From: Clostridiales bacterium
GTDB taxonomy: Bacteria > Bacillota > Clostridia > Christensenellales > Pumilibacteraceae
Reading direction: 5' to 3'
Assembly (NCBI GenBank): GCA_022508465.1
Contig: JAFLVB010000002.1
Location: 628 to 64,627 of the forward strand
Length of the DNA: 64,000 bases
Below, one piece after another: positions 36,698-46,708 of the stretch. The position numbers and the translations under genes were made by a program. The first letter of the stretch is position 1. Each line of letters opens with the position of its first letter. The notes under the pieces were generated by a model. That model worked only from the letters and a program-made list of their open reading frames with translations, was not told the DNA's origin and searched no databases.

Positions 36698-37854
36698 TGT
36701 ACGATTTTGATACCGTAGTTAACCGCTTTGGCACTTCATCGCTCAAGTGGGATATAAAGGAAAACGAGCTTCCAATGTGGGTAGCCGACATGGACTTTTT
36801 GGTTGCCCCGCCCATCACCGCCGCCATTAAAAAGCGCATAGAGCATGGGATATTCGGCTACTCCGTATTGCCCGATGAGTGGTACGACGCGATCATAAGC
36901 TGGTGGAAGCGCAGACATGGGTTAGAAATCCAAAAGAATTGGCTACAATTTACGACCGGCATAGTGCCCGCCATCTCGTGCATAGTCAAGCGCGTGACAA
37001 ACATAGGCGACAACGTTGCCGTAATGAGCCCGGTATACAACATCTTTTATAACTCTATCGAGAACGCCGGCAGACACACCTTAGAGTGCAGGATCCCATA
37101 TGACGGCAATAAATACTCTATCGACTTTGTTGCCCTCGAAAAGGTGCTTGCCCACCCGCTCACCACCTTGCTTATACTGTGCAATCCGCACAACCCTATC
37201 GGCAAAATTTGGAGCAAGGACGAGCTGGCGAAAATCGGTGCGCTTTGCCACAAGCACGGCGTTGTCGTAATAAGCGACGAGATCCATTGTGACCTTACCG
37301 AACCGGGTAAAAAGTACACCCCATTCGCTTCTATCAATGACGAGTGTAAAAATAACAGCATTACATGCGTATCGGCAAGCAAAGCGTTTAATATAGCGGG
37401 CTTGCAATCGGCGGCTGTTGTAGTCCCCAACCCCATATTACGAAATAACGTTGTCAGGGGGCTAAATTCGGACGAAGTGGCAGAGCCTAACTGCTTTGCG
37501 GTTGCCGCTACGGTTGCCGCATTTAACGAGGGTGAGCAGTGGTTAAACGAGCTTAACGCTTATATCGCAGAAAACAGACGTACGGTAAAGGATTATCTTG
37601 CTCGCATCCCCGAAGTGCATCTTGTGCAAAGCGATTGCACATATCTACTGTGGATCGATTGCGGCAAGATAACAAAGTCATCGATTGACTTATGTAATCA
37701 TATTCGTACAGAAACGGGATTGTTCCTCTCTAATGGCGCAGGCTACCGAGGAGACGGAAATGTTTTTGTAAGAATGAATATCGCCTGCCCTCGCAGCCGT
37801 TTATTAGACGGGCTCTCCCGCTTCGAGAAGGGTATAAAGAGTTATAAAGAATAA
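36697..37854 (+). CDS. patB: MalY/PatB-family PLP-dependent C-S lyase (cystathionine beta-lyase type)
   Basis: N-terminus YDFDTVVNRFGTSSLKWD, PLP-lysine motif SASKAFNIAGL. Overlaps the upstream stop by 1 nt (TAATG). Confidence 0.85.
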   Translation: MYDFDTVVNRFGTSSLKWDIKENELPMWVADMDFLVAPPITAAIKKRIEHGIFGYSVLPDEWYDAIISWWKRRHGLEIQKNWLQFTTGIVPAISCIVKRVTNIGDNVAVMSPVYNIFYNSIENAGRHTLECRIPYDGNKYSIDFVALEKVLAHPLTTLLILCNPHNPIGKIWSKDELAKIGALCHKHGVVVISDEIHCDLTEPGKKYTPFASINDECKNNSITCVSASKAFNIAGLQSAAVVVPNPILRNNVVRGLNSDEVAEPNCFAVAATVAAFNEGEQWLNELNAYIAENRRTVKDYLARIPEVHLVQSDCTYLLWIDCGKITKSSIDLCNHIRTETGLFLSNGAGYRGDGNVFVRMNIACPRSRLLDGLSRFEKGIKSYKE

Positions 37855-37888
37855 TTTAAAACAATATGTTACTAATTAAATTATAAAA

Positions 37889-37909
37889 GGGTCAAGAATT
37901 TCTTGACCC
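37889..37909. terminator. Bidirectional terminator between patB and the LRR lipoprotein gene
   Basis: GGGTCAAGAA-T-TTCTTGACCC, flanked by AAAA on one side and TTTTG on the other. Confidence 0.7.
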
Positions 37910-37934
37910 TTTTGATTTATTCCGATTGCTTTAC

Positions 37935-40900
37935 TCAATTACGATGCGCCTTACCATCTTTGTCGACATAGCCATCTTTACAATAAACGTTGTAATTCTT
38001 TACGCCATAATCCCAACCATACCCTTTTTTAATATTGTTCCACTCATTAATCGTACCGTCGTAATTGATAGTATTCAAGCTATAACAATTATAGAAAGCA
38101 TAATCATCGATTGTTTTCAAATCGTGGCCCAATGTCACGGTTGTAAGTTTATAGCAATTGCCAAACGCATCATAAGCAATACTTTTTGCGTCTGACAAAT
38201 CTATACTTTGCATTTCAGGGCAATAATAGAATGACTCTTTTCCGATCGAGGTAACACTACCGTATATGATGACGCTCTGCAGTTTTTCGCAGCTGTAAAA
38301 CACGTTTTTGCCCATACTATTGATGTTGGCATAAATTTCGACCTTAGTCAAATCGGTACACCAATAAAATATACTGTCTGCTATACTATTGACATTTTTA
38401 GGTATAATTATATTTACTAATCCCGTCATACTAAAAGCGCTGTCACCTAATGATTTAAGGCTTTGAGGTAAAGTGATTTTAGTCAATGCACTGCAGCCGC
38501 TAAATGCACAAATTTTGATTTCAAGTAAACCTTCGGGCAAAATTACTTCGCTTAGACTCCTACAATTGGAAAATACCCAATCAGATAACACGCTTATGCT
38601 TTGAGGAATAACTATGCTTACCAAACCGCTCTGGCTAAACGCAAAAGATTCTATATTGGTCAAGGTGTTAGGCAACACTATTTGAGTCAATTTTTCGCAC
38701 TCACGGAAAGCATGGCTGCCTATTGTTTTAAGCTCACTGTCTTTATCAAAAGTAACATTTTCCAATTGAGTACAATCTCTAAATGCGTAATTTCCTATAT
38801 ATGTCAGCGCTTTATTAAAGTTTATACTTTTTAAAGCCGTGCAATTGAAAAACGCATATGGCCCTATTTCTTTTAGCCCCGCCCCAAATGTAACGTTTGA
38901 CAATTGACTACAACCGCTAAATGCGCTATCACCTATTTTAACAACGCTATCCGGAAGATCTATTTCCCGAATATCGATATCAAGAAATGCGATATTTCCG
39001 ATAGCGGTTACACCGTTTGGAATAATACTTGTTTTACAGCCAAAGACTACTGTGTTCGACTGCGAATCGATCAAACAATTTGATTCCGCTCTGTACTTAG
39101 CTCCGCCATTAGCTACCGAAATGCGCTGTAAGTCAAAGCATCTATAAAAGGCATTGGAAGAAATATATGTTAAACTGCTCGGCAAATTTATTTCCTCTAT
39201 GGCGCAATCTCTGAATGCTTCATAATCAATAGATTCAAGGCCTTCTCTCAGCGTCAATTCTTTTAAAGAATCACAATAATAAAATGCTCTTTCGCCTATC
39301 GATACAACTCCTGCTATATCAAGTTCTGTAATTGCACAAAACTCAAAAGCGCTGATACCTATTTGTACATTAATAGCCCCGCTGTTAAATGTTATCTTTG
39401 CAAGATTTAAGCATCTGTTAAACGCATAAGTCTCTATCGTAGTAAGAGATACAGGGAAAACCACCTCGGTTATGCCTTGCATTTGATAGAAAGTGTATTG
39501 GCTTATGGTAGAAACACCACTTGGGATATCAACTTTACCTGTCATGCAATATGGAGCATAATAGACGGTAGTGCTACTGCCATTTAAAAGCAATCCGTTT
39601 TTAGAGGAATAATTAACGCAACCTTTAGCCACATTAATTTCTTTTAATGCAGTACATCCTACAAACGTTGTTACATTAGGGTCGTAGGTGTTTTCTACCT
39701 CCCAAACAATAGATATTAAGCGCGAAGGCAAGGTTATAGTTTCCAAGCTCGTACAATTTTCAAAAGCAAGCCTGCCGATGGTCAGTTCCACACTCGAATC
39801 GACAAATGTAACATTGCTAAGATTTGCACAACCGGAGAAAGCTCTGCCCTCTATCAAGCAAACTTTGGCGGGAATAACCACTTCGCGTATAAGCGAGTTC
39901 CCGAATGCGTTTATGCCTATGATATCTACATCGTTTGGTATCGTATATGAGCCTTTTTTACCTGCCGGATATACCTCCAATACCTTTTTATTTACATCGT
40001 CTTCGATTATATCGCTAAACAATATGCCGTCTCGCGAATAGTATGTGGGATGTGTTGTTCCTGTAACATTATACACATTTATTTCCTCTAATGAGCTGCA
40101 ACCTGCAAAGGCGTCGATGCCGATTCCGGTTAAATTTTCCGGAATGTTTACTTTTAGCAAGTTTGCCTTATTACGAAATGCGTATGCATCTATTTGGAGT
40201 ACGGGTAATGCCGCATCATCTTCTTCACCCTTATAATATGCCGGAACAGTCGCCTCGGAGAAATAATCTAATCCATCAGCCGCAATTACTGCATAAGTAT
40301 TTTCATCAGTTCGCTTATCGAAGACGAAAATCCGCACCCAACGTGCATAAACTGTCGTGTCATTAGCTATATCCCAGGTTTTCAAACTTCTTCCATTTTC
40401 ATCGGTGAGCAGTTCTTCTTCATTTTCCTTGTACCATCCAATAAAGCCCATTGCTACATCTTTGGTTTGAGGTATAGGCAAAGTAAAATGCTCTCCGTAT
40501 AACACTTCTGCTTCTTTGATGGCTTGATCTCCGTATGGCGCACATTCCAATGACACTTTAAAGGTTTTGGGCAGATAGTCTGCATACAAGGCAATGTCGT
40601 CCTTGCCGCGGAATACTTTGTCGGTAAACTCCGCACCGTTACCCTTTGCTCCAAACGGAGTATTATACCAGCCTGCAAAGTCATAGCCGGCTTTCTCGCT
40701 ATCGCTCGGCAATGTTATCTTGTCGCCGTTTACCTTGTATTGTACGTCTATAATTCCTCCCTCTTTGTCATAAAATATTAACGTCTTTGCTTCTACTTCT
40801 ATGCTTGCCGACTCATAATATCCGTCCTCGAAGTAGCATCTTACCGTTATTGCATTGTATCCCGCTTGAGTCAATTCTACCTCATAGCTATTGCTGTCTG

Positions 40901-42800
40901 TTATGTGGACAATTGTTTCGTTTTCCTCTAACGTTACTCCGTTTACATATACTACATAGTATGCCGCTCCTACTACAGGCTGCCAGCTTACTACGCTGCC
41001 CTTGTACCTAAGGGTGCCGTACATCGTGTTGTTAAACACTCTTATCTCCTCGCTCCTAAGCGATTCGCTGCTACCCTTTGCCACTACGTATACTCTATGC
41101 TCGCTTCCGTCGCTCCAGGATGCTGCCTTGTCCGCAATATCAAGCTCGGTCGTTCCTGCGGCTACATCTGTCTTTTCGCCATCAATATATACCGAATATC
41201 CGTTGGTCGCACCTGTTACTGCTTCCCAACTGATTGTCTTGCCGAGTACCTTTATTTCCTTGGGCGAAGCCGGCTTTGTGCGAGTATAACTTATGCTTGT
41301 ATAGTCCGGGGCATAATAGCCCGAAGCTATTGCACGTACATTGAATGTTATCTCTCCACTATACTCTTTAAAGTCATAGCTCGTCTTATTGCCTATCTCC
41401 TCTTCCTTAGAGGTTGTTCCGTCGCTTATAGCTACTATGTAGCTGCTTGCAAACGGTACTTCTGCCCAAGTTACAAGTCCGCTCTCTTCGTCAAACTTGA
41501 TGCTTGCCTCACTTATCTGCTCCAATGCACGCTCAAGTTTATACTCTCTTGTCGAGCTGATATAGCCGTCGGCCTCAGCCTCTACCGTGAAGATGATTCC
41601 GCCCTCTTTCTGCGGGCAAGAAGCAAAGTTATATGTCGTAGACAAGCCGTTATCTACCTTACTGTGGTTGTGGCGTTCATTGCCACACTCTACGCTTATT
41701 ACATATCTCTCTGCATTTGCTATCTTATTGAATACCAAATCGGTACCTACTACGCTAAAGAGCGATACTCTATCGAGTGCTTTATTGTTGTAGTATCTTG
41801 TCGCTCTGCTCGTTGAAGCGCCTGCGCTTACAATTACCTCTACCTTGTATTCGCCTGCCGCCTTGTCGCTAAACGCATATGTAAGACTGCCACCTGTTAC
41901 GTTGGGCGTCTCGGTGCTTCCGTCGGGTGCCGTGATCTTTACCGTCGAGGTTGACCCTATACCTGCTGTCCAACTGATCTCGTTGCCTTTTATCTCAAGG
42001 TCGAGCTCATCTGCCCAGTTGGCATAAAGTGTTGTACTCTCGGCAAATACCGTTTCGCTCTCACTATATTTGCAGGTCAGCTTTCCGCTCTCGCGCGAAC
42101 TGCTTATCCACCAACCGTTGAAGGTATGTCCCTCCCACTTCGGTTCCTCTACATTGTACAGCTTTCCGCCTATTGTCTCTTTGGCATTGAGTCTTGTGCC
42201 CGTGTACCCTTCGCCGTAGTTGAACTCTATCCTGTATTCTGCCTCGCTCGGTAATGTTTCCGTCCACTTAGCGAACAATATGATATTGTTCTCTACCCTT
42301 TCTATTCCAAAGGCATATGGAGTCTTATACTCCCTATCTTTGTACCAGCCAAGGAATACTCTGCCTTCGTATGTCGGATCTTCCGGCTTAATTACCGTCC
42401 TGCCCCCCAATACACTTTGAGTTTCGGTTCCGTTGCCTTTGTCAAAAGTTACCGTGTATGTCACTTTGCGCCTGAATTCCAAGTTAATGCCATCATAAGT
42501 AAACGTAATCCTTTCGTTCTCATATTTGGCATTTATCTCGGATTCTTCTGTTTTCAGCGTAAGACTTGCATCTACTAATTCGTATTTGCCTGTCTTTTGC
42601 TCGCCTTTGATCTCGAAGATGAACCTATCTCCACCAAGAAGTGACAATGTGTACTCTTCGCCGCCAACAGCATCGCAGAAGTATATGCCCGTCTCCGGAC
42701 CTTCTTTGGTCTGCTCTTTCTTTTGGCACGCTACCGCAAAGATTGCTACCATTGCAATCATTATTACAAGCAGCGCGCACAATACTTTGTTTGCTTTCAT
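37935..42800 (-). CDS. Large surface lipoprotein with Listeria-Bacteroides repeats, five Fn3-like modules and BspA-type LRRs (1621 aa)
   Basis: Lipobox FAVAC. Flg_new-like segments (FLGWYKD, FNGWWIS, FAGWYNT, FIGWYKE). Fn3-like modules carry the W..V..A..Y.V pattern. About 720 aa are LRR_5-type repeats. Start is ATG 42800, 8 nt after GGAGG. Confidence 0.85.
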   Translation of the reverse strand: MKANKVLCALLVIMIAMVAIFAVACQKKEQTKEGPETGIYFCDAVGGEEYTLSLLGGDRFIFEIKGEQKTGKYELVDASLTLKTEESEINAKYENERITFTYDGINLEFRRKVTYTVTFDKGNGTETQSVLGGRTVIKPEDPTYEGRVFLGWYKDREYKTPYAFGIERVENNIILFAKWTETLPSEAEYRIEFNYGEGYTGTRLNAKETIGGKLYNVEEPKWEGHTFNGWWISSSRESGKLTCKYSESETVFAESTTLYANWADELDLEIKGNEISWTAGIGSTSTVKITAPDGSTETPNVTGGSLTYAFSDKAAGEYKVEVIVSAGASTSRATRYYNNKALDRVSLFSVVGTDLVFNKIANAERYVISVECGNERHNHSKVDNGLSTTYNFASCPQKEGGIIFTVEAEADGYISSTREYKLERALEQISEASIKFDEESGLVTWAEVPFASSYIVAISDGTTSKEEEIGNKTSYDFKEYSGEITFNVRAIASGYYAPDYTSISYTRTKPASPKEIKVLGKTISWEAVTGATNGYSVYIDGEKTDVAAGTTELDIADKAASWSDGSEHRVYVVAKGSSESLRSEEIRVFNNTMYGTLRYKGSVVSWQPVVGAAYYVVYVNGVTLEENETIVHITDSNSYEVELTQAGYNAITVRCYFEDGYYESASIEVEAKTLIFYDKEGGIIDVQYKVNGDKITLPSDSEKAGYDFAGWYNTPFGAKGNGAEFTDKVFRGKDDIALYADYLPKTFKVSLECAPYGDQAIKEAEVLYGEHFTLPIPQTKDVAMGFIGWYKENEEELLTDENGRSLKTWDIANDTTVYARWVRIFVFDKRTDENTYAVIAADGLDYFSEATVPAYYKGEEDDAALPVLQIDAYAFRNKANLLKVNIPENLTGIGIDAFAGCSSLEEINVYNVTGTTHPTYYSRDGILFSDIIEDDVNKKVLEVYPAGKKGSYTIPNDVDIIGINAFGNSLIREVVIPAKVCLIEGRAFSGCANLSNVTFVDSSVELTIGRLAFENCTSLETITLPSRLISIVWEVENTYDPNVTTFVGCTALKEINVAKGCVNYSSKNGLLLNGSSTTVYYAPYCMTGKVDIPSGVSTISQYTFYQMQGITEVVFPVSLTTIETYAFNRCLNLAKITFNSGAINVQIGISAFEFCAITELDIAGVVSIGERAFYYCDSLKELTLREGLESIDYEAFRDCAIEEINLPSSLTYISSNAFYRCFDLQRISVANGGAKYRAESNCLIDSQSNTVVFGCKTSIIPNGVTAIGNIAFLDIDIREIDLPDSVVKIGDSAFSGCSQLSNVTFGAGLKEIGPYAFFNCTALKSINFNKALTYIGNYAFRDCTQLENVTFDKDSELKTIGSHAFRECEKLTQIVLPNTLTNIESFAFSQSGLVSIVIPQSISVLSDWVFSNCRSLSEVILPEGLLEIKICAFSGCSALTKITLPQSLKSLGDSAFSMTGLVNIIIPKNVNSIADSIFYWCTDLTKVEIYANINSMGKNVFYSCEKLQSVIIYGSVTSIGKESFYYCPEMQSIDLSDAKSIAYDAFGNCYKLTTVTLGHDLKTIDDYAFYNCYSLNTINYDGTINEWNNIKKGYGWDYGVKNYNVYCKDGYVDKDGKAHRN

Positions 42801-43006
42801 AAGCAAAACCTCCTTATGGGTGCTAATGCATATGATATCACATTTTGATAAAATTGAAAAGCAAAAATGAGCACTTTTTTAAAATAGTTAAAAATATCCT
42901 GTTTTGCACTCACATTTATCACATATGTTTTGCGATTTTATTTAACACTAATTTCACAATATTGACGATAATCTCTCCACCTTATCTAATTTAGGGCATA
43001 CAAAAA

Positions 43007-43027
43007 AGCACCTGAAATTCAGGTGCT
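43007..43027 (-). terminator. Rho-independent terminator after rplQ
   Basis: AGCACCTGAA-T-TTCAGGTGCT is followed on the minus strand by TTTTTTG. It lies 19 nt after the rplQ stop. Confidence 0.75.
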
Positions 43028-43045
43028 TTTATTTGTTTTAGTTAA

Positions 43046-43558
43046 TTAAACCAACTCGATTACAGCCATTTCTGCAGCATCGCCGCGACGGAAGCCCGTC
43101 TTGATGATTCTGGTATATCCGCCGTAATTGTTGTTGCTGCTCTTTGCTCTCTCATCGTACTTGGGAGCGTACTCGTTAAAGATCTTCTCAACCAAGGGAT
43201 GCTTGATATTATGAGTTCTTGCCTTAAACGATTCCGGAGTCTCCTTTTCTTGACGGAGTTCGGGGATATCATATAAAACCTTCATAATAGCGCGACGAGC
43301 GGCAAGCTTTTTCGGGCCGTCGTTTACGAGCTCTACTTGAACTTCCTTGCCCTTAGCGTCCTTACGAGTCTCTACCTTTTTAGCGGTATCGAGGTAAGTA
43401 TTGATAGCCTTTGTCAAAAGCTTCTCGGTCATACGAGCGACCTCCTTAGCTCTATCTAAAGTAGTTTCTATACGTCCATACCACAAAAGTTGTGTTGTTT
43501 GATTTCTGAGCAGCGCCATTCTTTGGTCGGTAGCTCTACCTAATTTTCTCTGTTCCAT
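43046..43558 (-). CDS. rplQ: 50S ribosomal protein L17 (long form, 170 aa)
   Basis: RKLGRATDQRMALLRNQ... and the C-terminal GGYTRIIKTGFRRGDAAEMAVIELV. It is the last gene of the alpha operon. Confidence 0.93.
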   Translation of the reverse strand: MEQRKLGRATDQRMALLRNQTTQLLWYGRIETTLDRAKEVARMTEKLLTKAINTYLDTAKKVETRKDAKGKEVQVELVNDGPKKLAARRAIMKVLYDIPELRQEKETPESFKARTHNIKHPLVEKIFNEYAPKYDERAKSSNNNYGGYTRIIKTGFRRGDAAEMAVIELV

Positions 43559-43570
43559 TGTCGTATCTCC

Positions 43571-44524
43571 TTAATCTTCATTGCTCTTAAGACCTAAGCC
43601 GTAGCTATGCAACTTGGCAATAACTTCGTCAAGCGACTTGCGGCCGAGGTTACGAACCTTAAGCATATCGTCTTCAGTCTTTTTGGTCAAATCCTCGACG
43701 GTATGGATGTTGGCACGCTTTAAGCAGTTGTAGCTGCGAACGGACAAATCCATATCTTCGATATTCATTTCGAGAATCTGAGTCTTGGGGTTAGCCTGCG
43801 ACTCGATAAGAATTCCCATTTTGGAAATCGTATCACTAAGCGACACGAAAATTCTTATATGATCCTCGATTGCCTTTGCGGCAAGCGACAATACGTCGCG
43901 CGCGGACAGCGATCCGTCTGTCTTAACCTCGATGGTAAGCTTATCGTAGTCGATGCTCTGTCCCACGCGAGTAGTCGTTACCGAATAGCTCGCTGCTTTT
44001 ACGGGGGTAAAGATAGAATCAATTGCGATGTATCCTATCGGTTGCGAAGCGTCCTTGTTGTTTTCTGCAACGACGTAACCACGTCCCTGCGCAACAACAA
44101 GCTCCATATTAAGCTTTGCGCCCTCGTCAAGCGTACAAATGTAAAGGTCGGGGTTAAGAATCTCGATTTCGGGATCTTGCTCGATGTCCGCAGCGGTAAC
44201 GATACCCGGTTCGCTCTTTTCGATTCTTAAACTCTTTTTTAAGGTGCGATCGGCATAATGTGCTTTAAGGTTAAGTCCCTTTAAGTTAAGAATTATATCC
44301 GCAACATCTTCCTTTATACCCTTTATCGTGCTGAACTCATGGCTAACGCCATCAATCATGATGCCGACAACAGCAGTACCGGGAAGTGCCGACAAAAGCA
44401 CCCTTCTCAGAGCATTGCCCAAAGTTATACCGTAACCACGCTCCAAAGGCTCTACGACAAACTTTCCATATCTAAAATCCGCGCTTTCCTCCAGTGTGAT
44501 TTCCGGTCTTTCGATTTCCATCAT
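43571..44524 (-). CDS. rpoA: DNA-directed RNA polymerase subunit alpha
   Basis: N-terminal domain has GKFVVEPLERGYGITLGNALRRVLLS. C-terminal domain has the LSVRSYNCLKRANI helix-hairpin-helix. Confidence 0.96.
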   Translation of the reverse strand: MMEIERPEITLEESADFRYGKFVVEPLERGYGITLGNALRRVLLSALPGTAVVGIMIDGVSHEFSTIKGIKEDVADIILNLKGLNLKAHYADRTLKKSLRIEKSEPGIVTAADIEQDPEIEILNPDLYICTLDEGAKLNMELVVAQGRGYVVAENNKDASQPIGYIAIDSIFTPVKAASYSVTTTRVGQSIDYDKLTIEVKTDGSLSARDVLSLAAKAIEDHIRIFVSLSDTISKMGILIESQANPKTQILEMNIEDMDLSVRSYNCLKRANIHTVEDLTKKTEDDMLKVRNLGRKSLDEVIAKLHSYGLGLKSNED

Positions 44525-44572
44525 TATAAATCATTCTCCTTATATAGGTATGCTTTGATATTAAATTATCTA

Positions 44573-45193
44573 TTACTTGGAATACAACTCTACTATAAGC
44601 TGCTCATTGATGTTAAGGTCGATATCCTCGCGTTTGGGAAGCTCAATAATCTTACCTACAAAGGTCTCGGTATTGAAGTCAACCCACTTAGGCATAACAA
44701 TCTTTGCTCCGCGGAGTTCTTTGAACATTGCGTTGTCCTGCTTGTTCTCCTTGATAGCGATTTCGTCGCCCGCCTTTACGATAAAGCTGGGGATGTTGAC
44801 TGTTCTACCGTTTACCGTAATATGTCCGTGATTTACGATCTGACGGGACTGAGCACGGCTACTGCCGATACCCATACGGTAAATAACATTGTCAAGTCTG
44901 CATTCAAGGAGCATAAGCATATTCTCGCCGGTAACGCCCTTGATGCGGGTAGCTCTGTCATAATACGAACGGAATTGCTTTTCGAGCAAACCGTAAGCGC
45001 GCTTAGCCTTCTGCTTTTCGCGAAGCTGAACGGCATATTCGGAATTCTTTTTTCTTGCTGCGCCGTGCTGTCCCGGAGGAACCGGTCTACGCTCCATAGC
45101 GCACTTTTTGGAGGTGCAACGCTCTCCCTTTAAGAAAAGCTTTTGACCCTCTCTTCTGCATTTTTTGCAATCTGCACATCTGATTCTTGCCAT
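44573..45193 (-). CDS. rpsD: 30S ribosomal protein S4
   Basis: Canonical S4 sequence (LFLKGERC...PPGQHG, S4 RNA-binding domain) in the conserved operon position. Confidence 0.96.
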   Translation of the reverse strand: MARIRCADCKKCRREGQKLFLKGERCTSKKCAMERRPVPPGQHGAARKKNSEYAVQLREKQKAKRAYGLLEKQFRSYYDRATRIKGVTGENMLMLLECRLDNVIYRMGIGSSRAQSRQIVNHGHITVNGRTVNIPSFIVKAGDEIAIKENKQDNAMFKELRGAKIVMPKWVDFNTETFVGKIIELPKREDIDLNINEQLIVELYSK

Positions 45194-45208
45194 AAACTTT
45201 GCTCCTCC

Positions 45209-45598
45209 TTATACTCTGCGGCGTTTGGGCGCTCTGCATCCGTTGTGCGGGATGGGCGAAACGTCGGTAATCGACGTAACCGTAAGACCTGCAACTTCGA
45301 GTGCGCGAATGGAAGATTCGCGTCCGGAGCCCGGACCCTTTACAAATACATCTACGCTCTTTAAGCCGTGCTCTTTAGCGGTAAGTGCTGCCTTTTCGCA
45401 AGCCTGTTGTGCTGCGAACGGGGTCGACTTTCTCGAACCCTTAAAGCCCAATGCACCTGCGCTGCACTGTGTGATCGCGTTACCTTGATCGTCTGTCACG
45501 GTAATAAGAGTATTGTTAAAAGAGGACTGGATATGAACCTGACCCTTGTCAATATTCTTTGTTATCTTTTTTCTTGTTGTAGTCTTTTTAACTGCCAT
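45209..45598 (-). CDS. rpsK: 30S ribosomal protein S11
   Basis: Canonical S11 sequence ([18 protein letters not shown]...[15 protein letters not shown]). Confidence 0.96.
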   Translation of the reverse strand: MAVKKTTTRKKITKNIDKGQVHIQSSFNNTLITVTDDQGNAITQCSAGALGFKGSRKSTPFAAQQACEKAALTAKEHGLKSVDVFVKGPGSGRESSIRALEVAGLTVTSITDVSPIPHNGCRAPKRRRV

Positions 45599-45609
45599 GG
45601 TACTGCCTC

Positions 45610-45984
45610 CTACTTATCCTTCTTGGATCTTCCGACTGTACGCTTGGGACCCTTGCGAGTTCTTGCGTTCTGTTTGGTGCTCTGTCCTCTTACAGGTAAG
45701 CCCTTTCGGTGACGTACACCACGGTAGCAGCCTATTTCCATAAGCCTTTTGATATTAAGAGCGTGTTCACGATGTAAATCACCCTCTGTCTTAACATTAT
45801 GCTCGATGTAGCTTCTAAGTGCGTTAACCTGATCTTCGGTAAGATCTTTAACGCGAATATCCGGATTAACTCCGGTAGCTTGCAAAATCTTATTTGCCAT
45901 CGGTCTTCCGATACCGTAGATATAGGTAAGACCTATCTCTACGCGTTTTTCTCTCGGCAAATCTATACCAGCAATTCTTGCCAC
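45610..45984 (-). CDS. rpsM: 30S ribosomal protein S13 (GTG start)
   Basis: Canonical S13 ([25 protein letters not shown]). The start codon reads GTG at 45982-45984, after AAGGAG. Confidence 0.95.
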   Translation of the reverse strand: MARIAGIDLPREKRVEIGLTYIYGIGRPMANKILQATGVNPDIRVKDLTEDQVNALRSYIEHNVKTEGDLHREHALNIKRLMEIGCYRGVRHRKGLPVRGQSTKQNARTRKGPKRTVGRSKKDK

Positions 45985-46106
45985 GTTTTTTTCTCCTTAA
46001 AAAATAAAAATAATAAAAATGTTATATATATATTGCCTTAGCGCCGCTTTAGCGCACGTCTGGAATGCTACGTGCGAAAAATAAGGCGAGTATATTCTAA
46101 CTTAAA

Positions 46107-46223
46107 CTAACCCTGTCTTTGCTTGTGGTTGGGATATTTGGAACAAATAACCATAACCTTTCCATGACGTTTAATAACCTTGCATTTGTCGCACATAGGC
46201 TTTACAGAAGTTCTAACTTTCAT
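46107..46223 (-). CDS. rpmJ: 50S ribosomal protein L36 (Zn-binding form, 38 aa)
   Basis: Not in the ORF track because it is too short. Hand translation gives [38 protein letters not shown]. It lies between infA and rpsM as expected. Confidence 0.9.
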   Translation of the reverse strand: MKVRTSVKPMCDKCKVIKRHGKVMVICSKYPNHKQRQG

Positions 46224-46239
46224 AACTCCTCCTAAAAAA

Positions 46240-46461
46240 TTAGTTTTTGTTTCTATACGTAATTCTGCCCTTTGTTATATCATAGGGAGACATTTCGATC
46301 TTTACAGTGTCGCCTTCGAGAATTTTTATATAGTGCATACGAATCTTGCCGGATATCGTACAAGTAACGATATGGCCGTTGCTTAATTTTACCTTAAAAG
46401 TCGCATTTCGTAAACACTCTACTACGGTGCCTTCGGCTTCGATGTTATCTTCTCTTGGCAT
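46240..46461 (-). CDS. infA: Translation initiation factor IF-1
   Basis: S1-like fold sequence [24 protein letters not shown]...[16 protein letters not shown]. Confidence 0.95.
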   Translation of the reverse strand: MPREDNIEAEGTVVECLRNATFKVKLSNGHIVTCTISGKIRMHYIKILEGDTVKIEMSPYDITKGRITYRNKN

Positions 46462-46702
46462 TTTGTTCCTCCACTGCCTTTTTTATTGTAATGTCGTCGG
46501 TCGCATCTGTCTTACAAATAAATTTAAGATGTTTGCGACGTTTTTGCTTGGGATTGTCTGTTAATCTATACTTACCGTCGGCTACAAGCACAAAGTCGCT
46601 ACTTAGCTCTGCGACAACGATATACAGTCTATCCTTGTCGTGACCTGCGAGGCTAACTGCCATATCTCCGACCGATAAATTAACATTGCACAATTTACCC
46701 AT
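46445..46702 (-). CDS. KOW-domain protein of unknown function (85 aa)
   Basis: KOW-like motif [20 protein letters not shown]. The position between map and infA is typical of Clostridia (from memory). There is no SD, and a promoter abuts the ATG. Confidence 0.7.
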   Translation of the reverse strand: MGKLCNVNLSVGDMAVSLAGHDKDRLYIVVAELSSDFVLVADGKYRLTDNPKQKRRKHLKFICKTDATDDITIKKAVEEQNAKRR

Positions 46703-46708
46703 TTTGCT

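Noticed and set aside
46053-46076. Hairpin CGCACGT-N10-ACGTGCG in the rpmJ-rpsM spacer, considered as a terminator or an S4-binding leader.
   Set aside because: On the minus strand it is not followed by a U-run, and I cannot verify any similarity to known alpha-operon leaders by eye. It is noted only as a possible processing or stability element.
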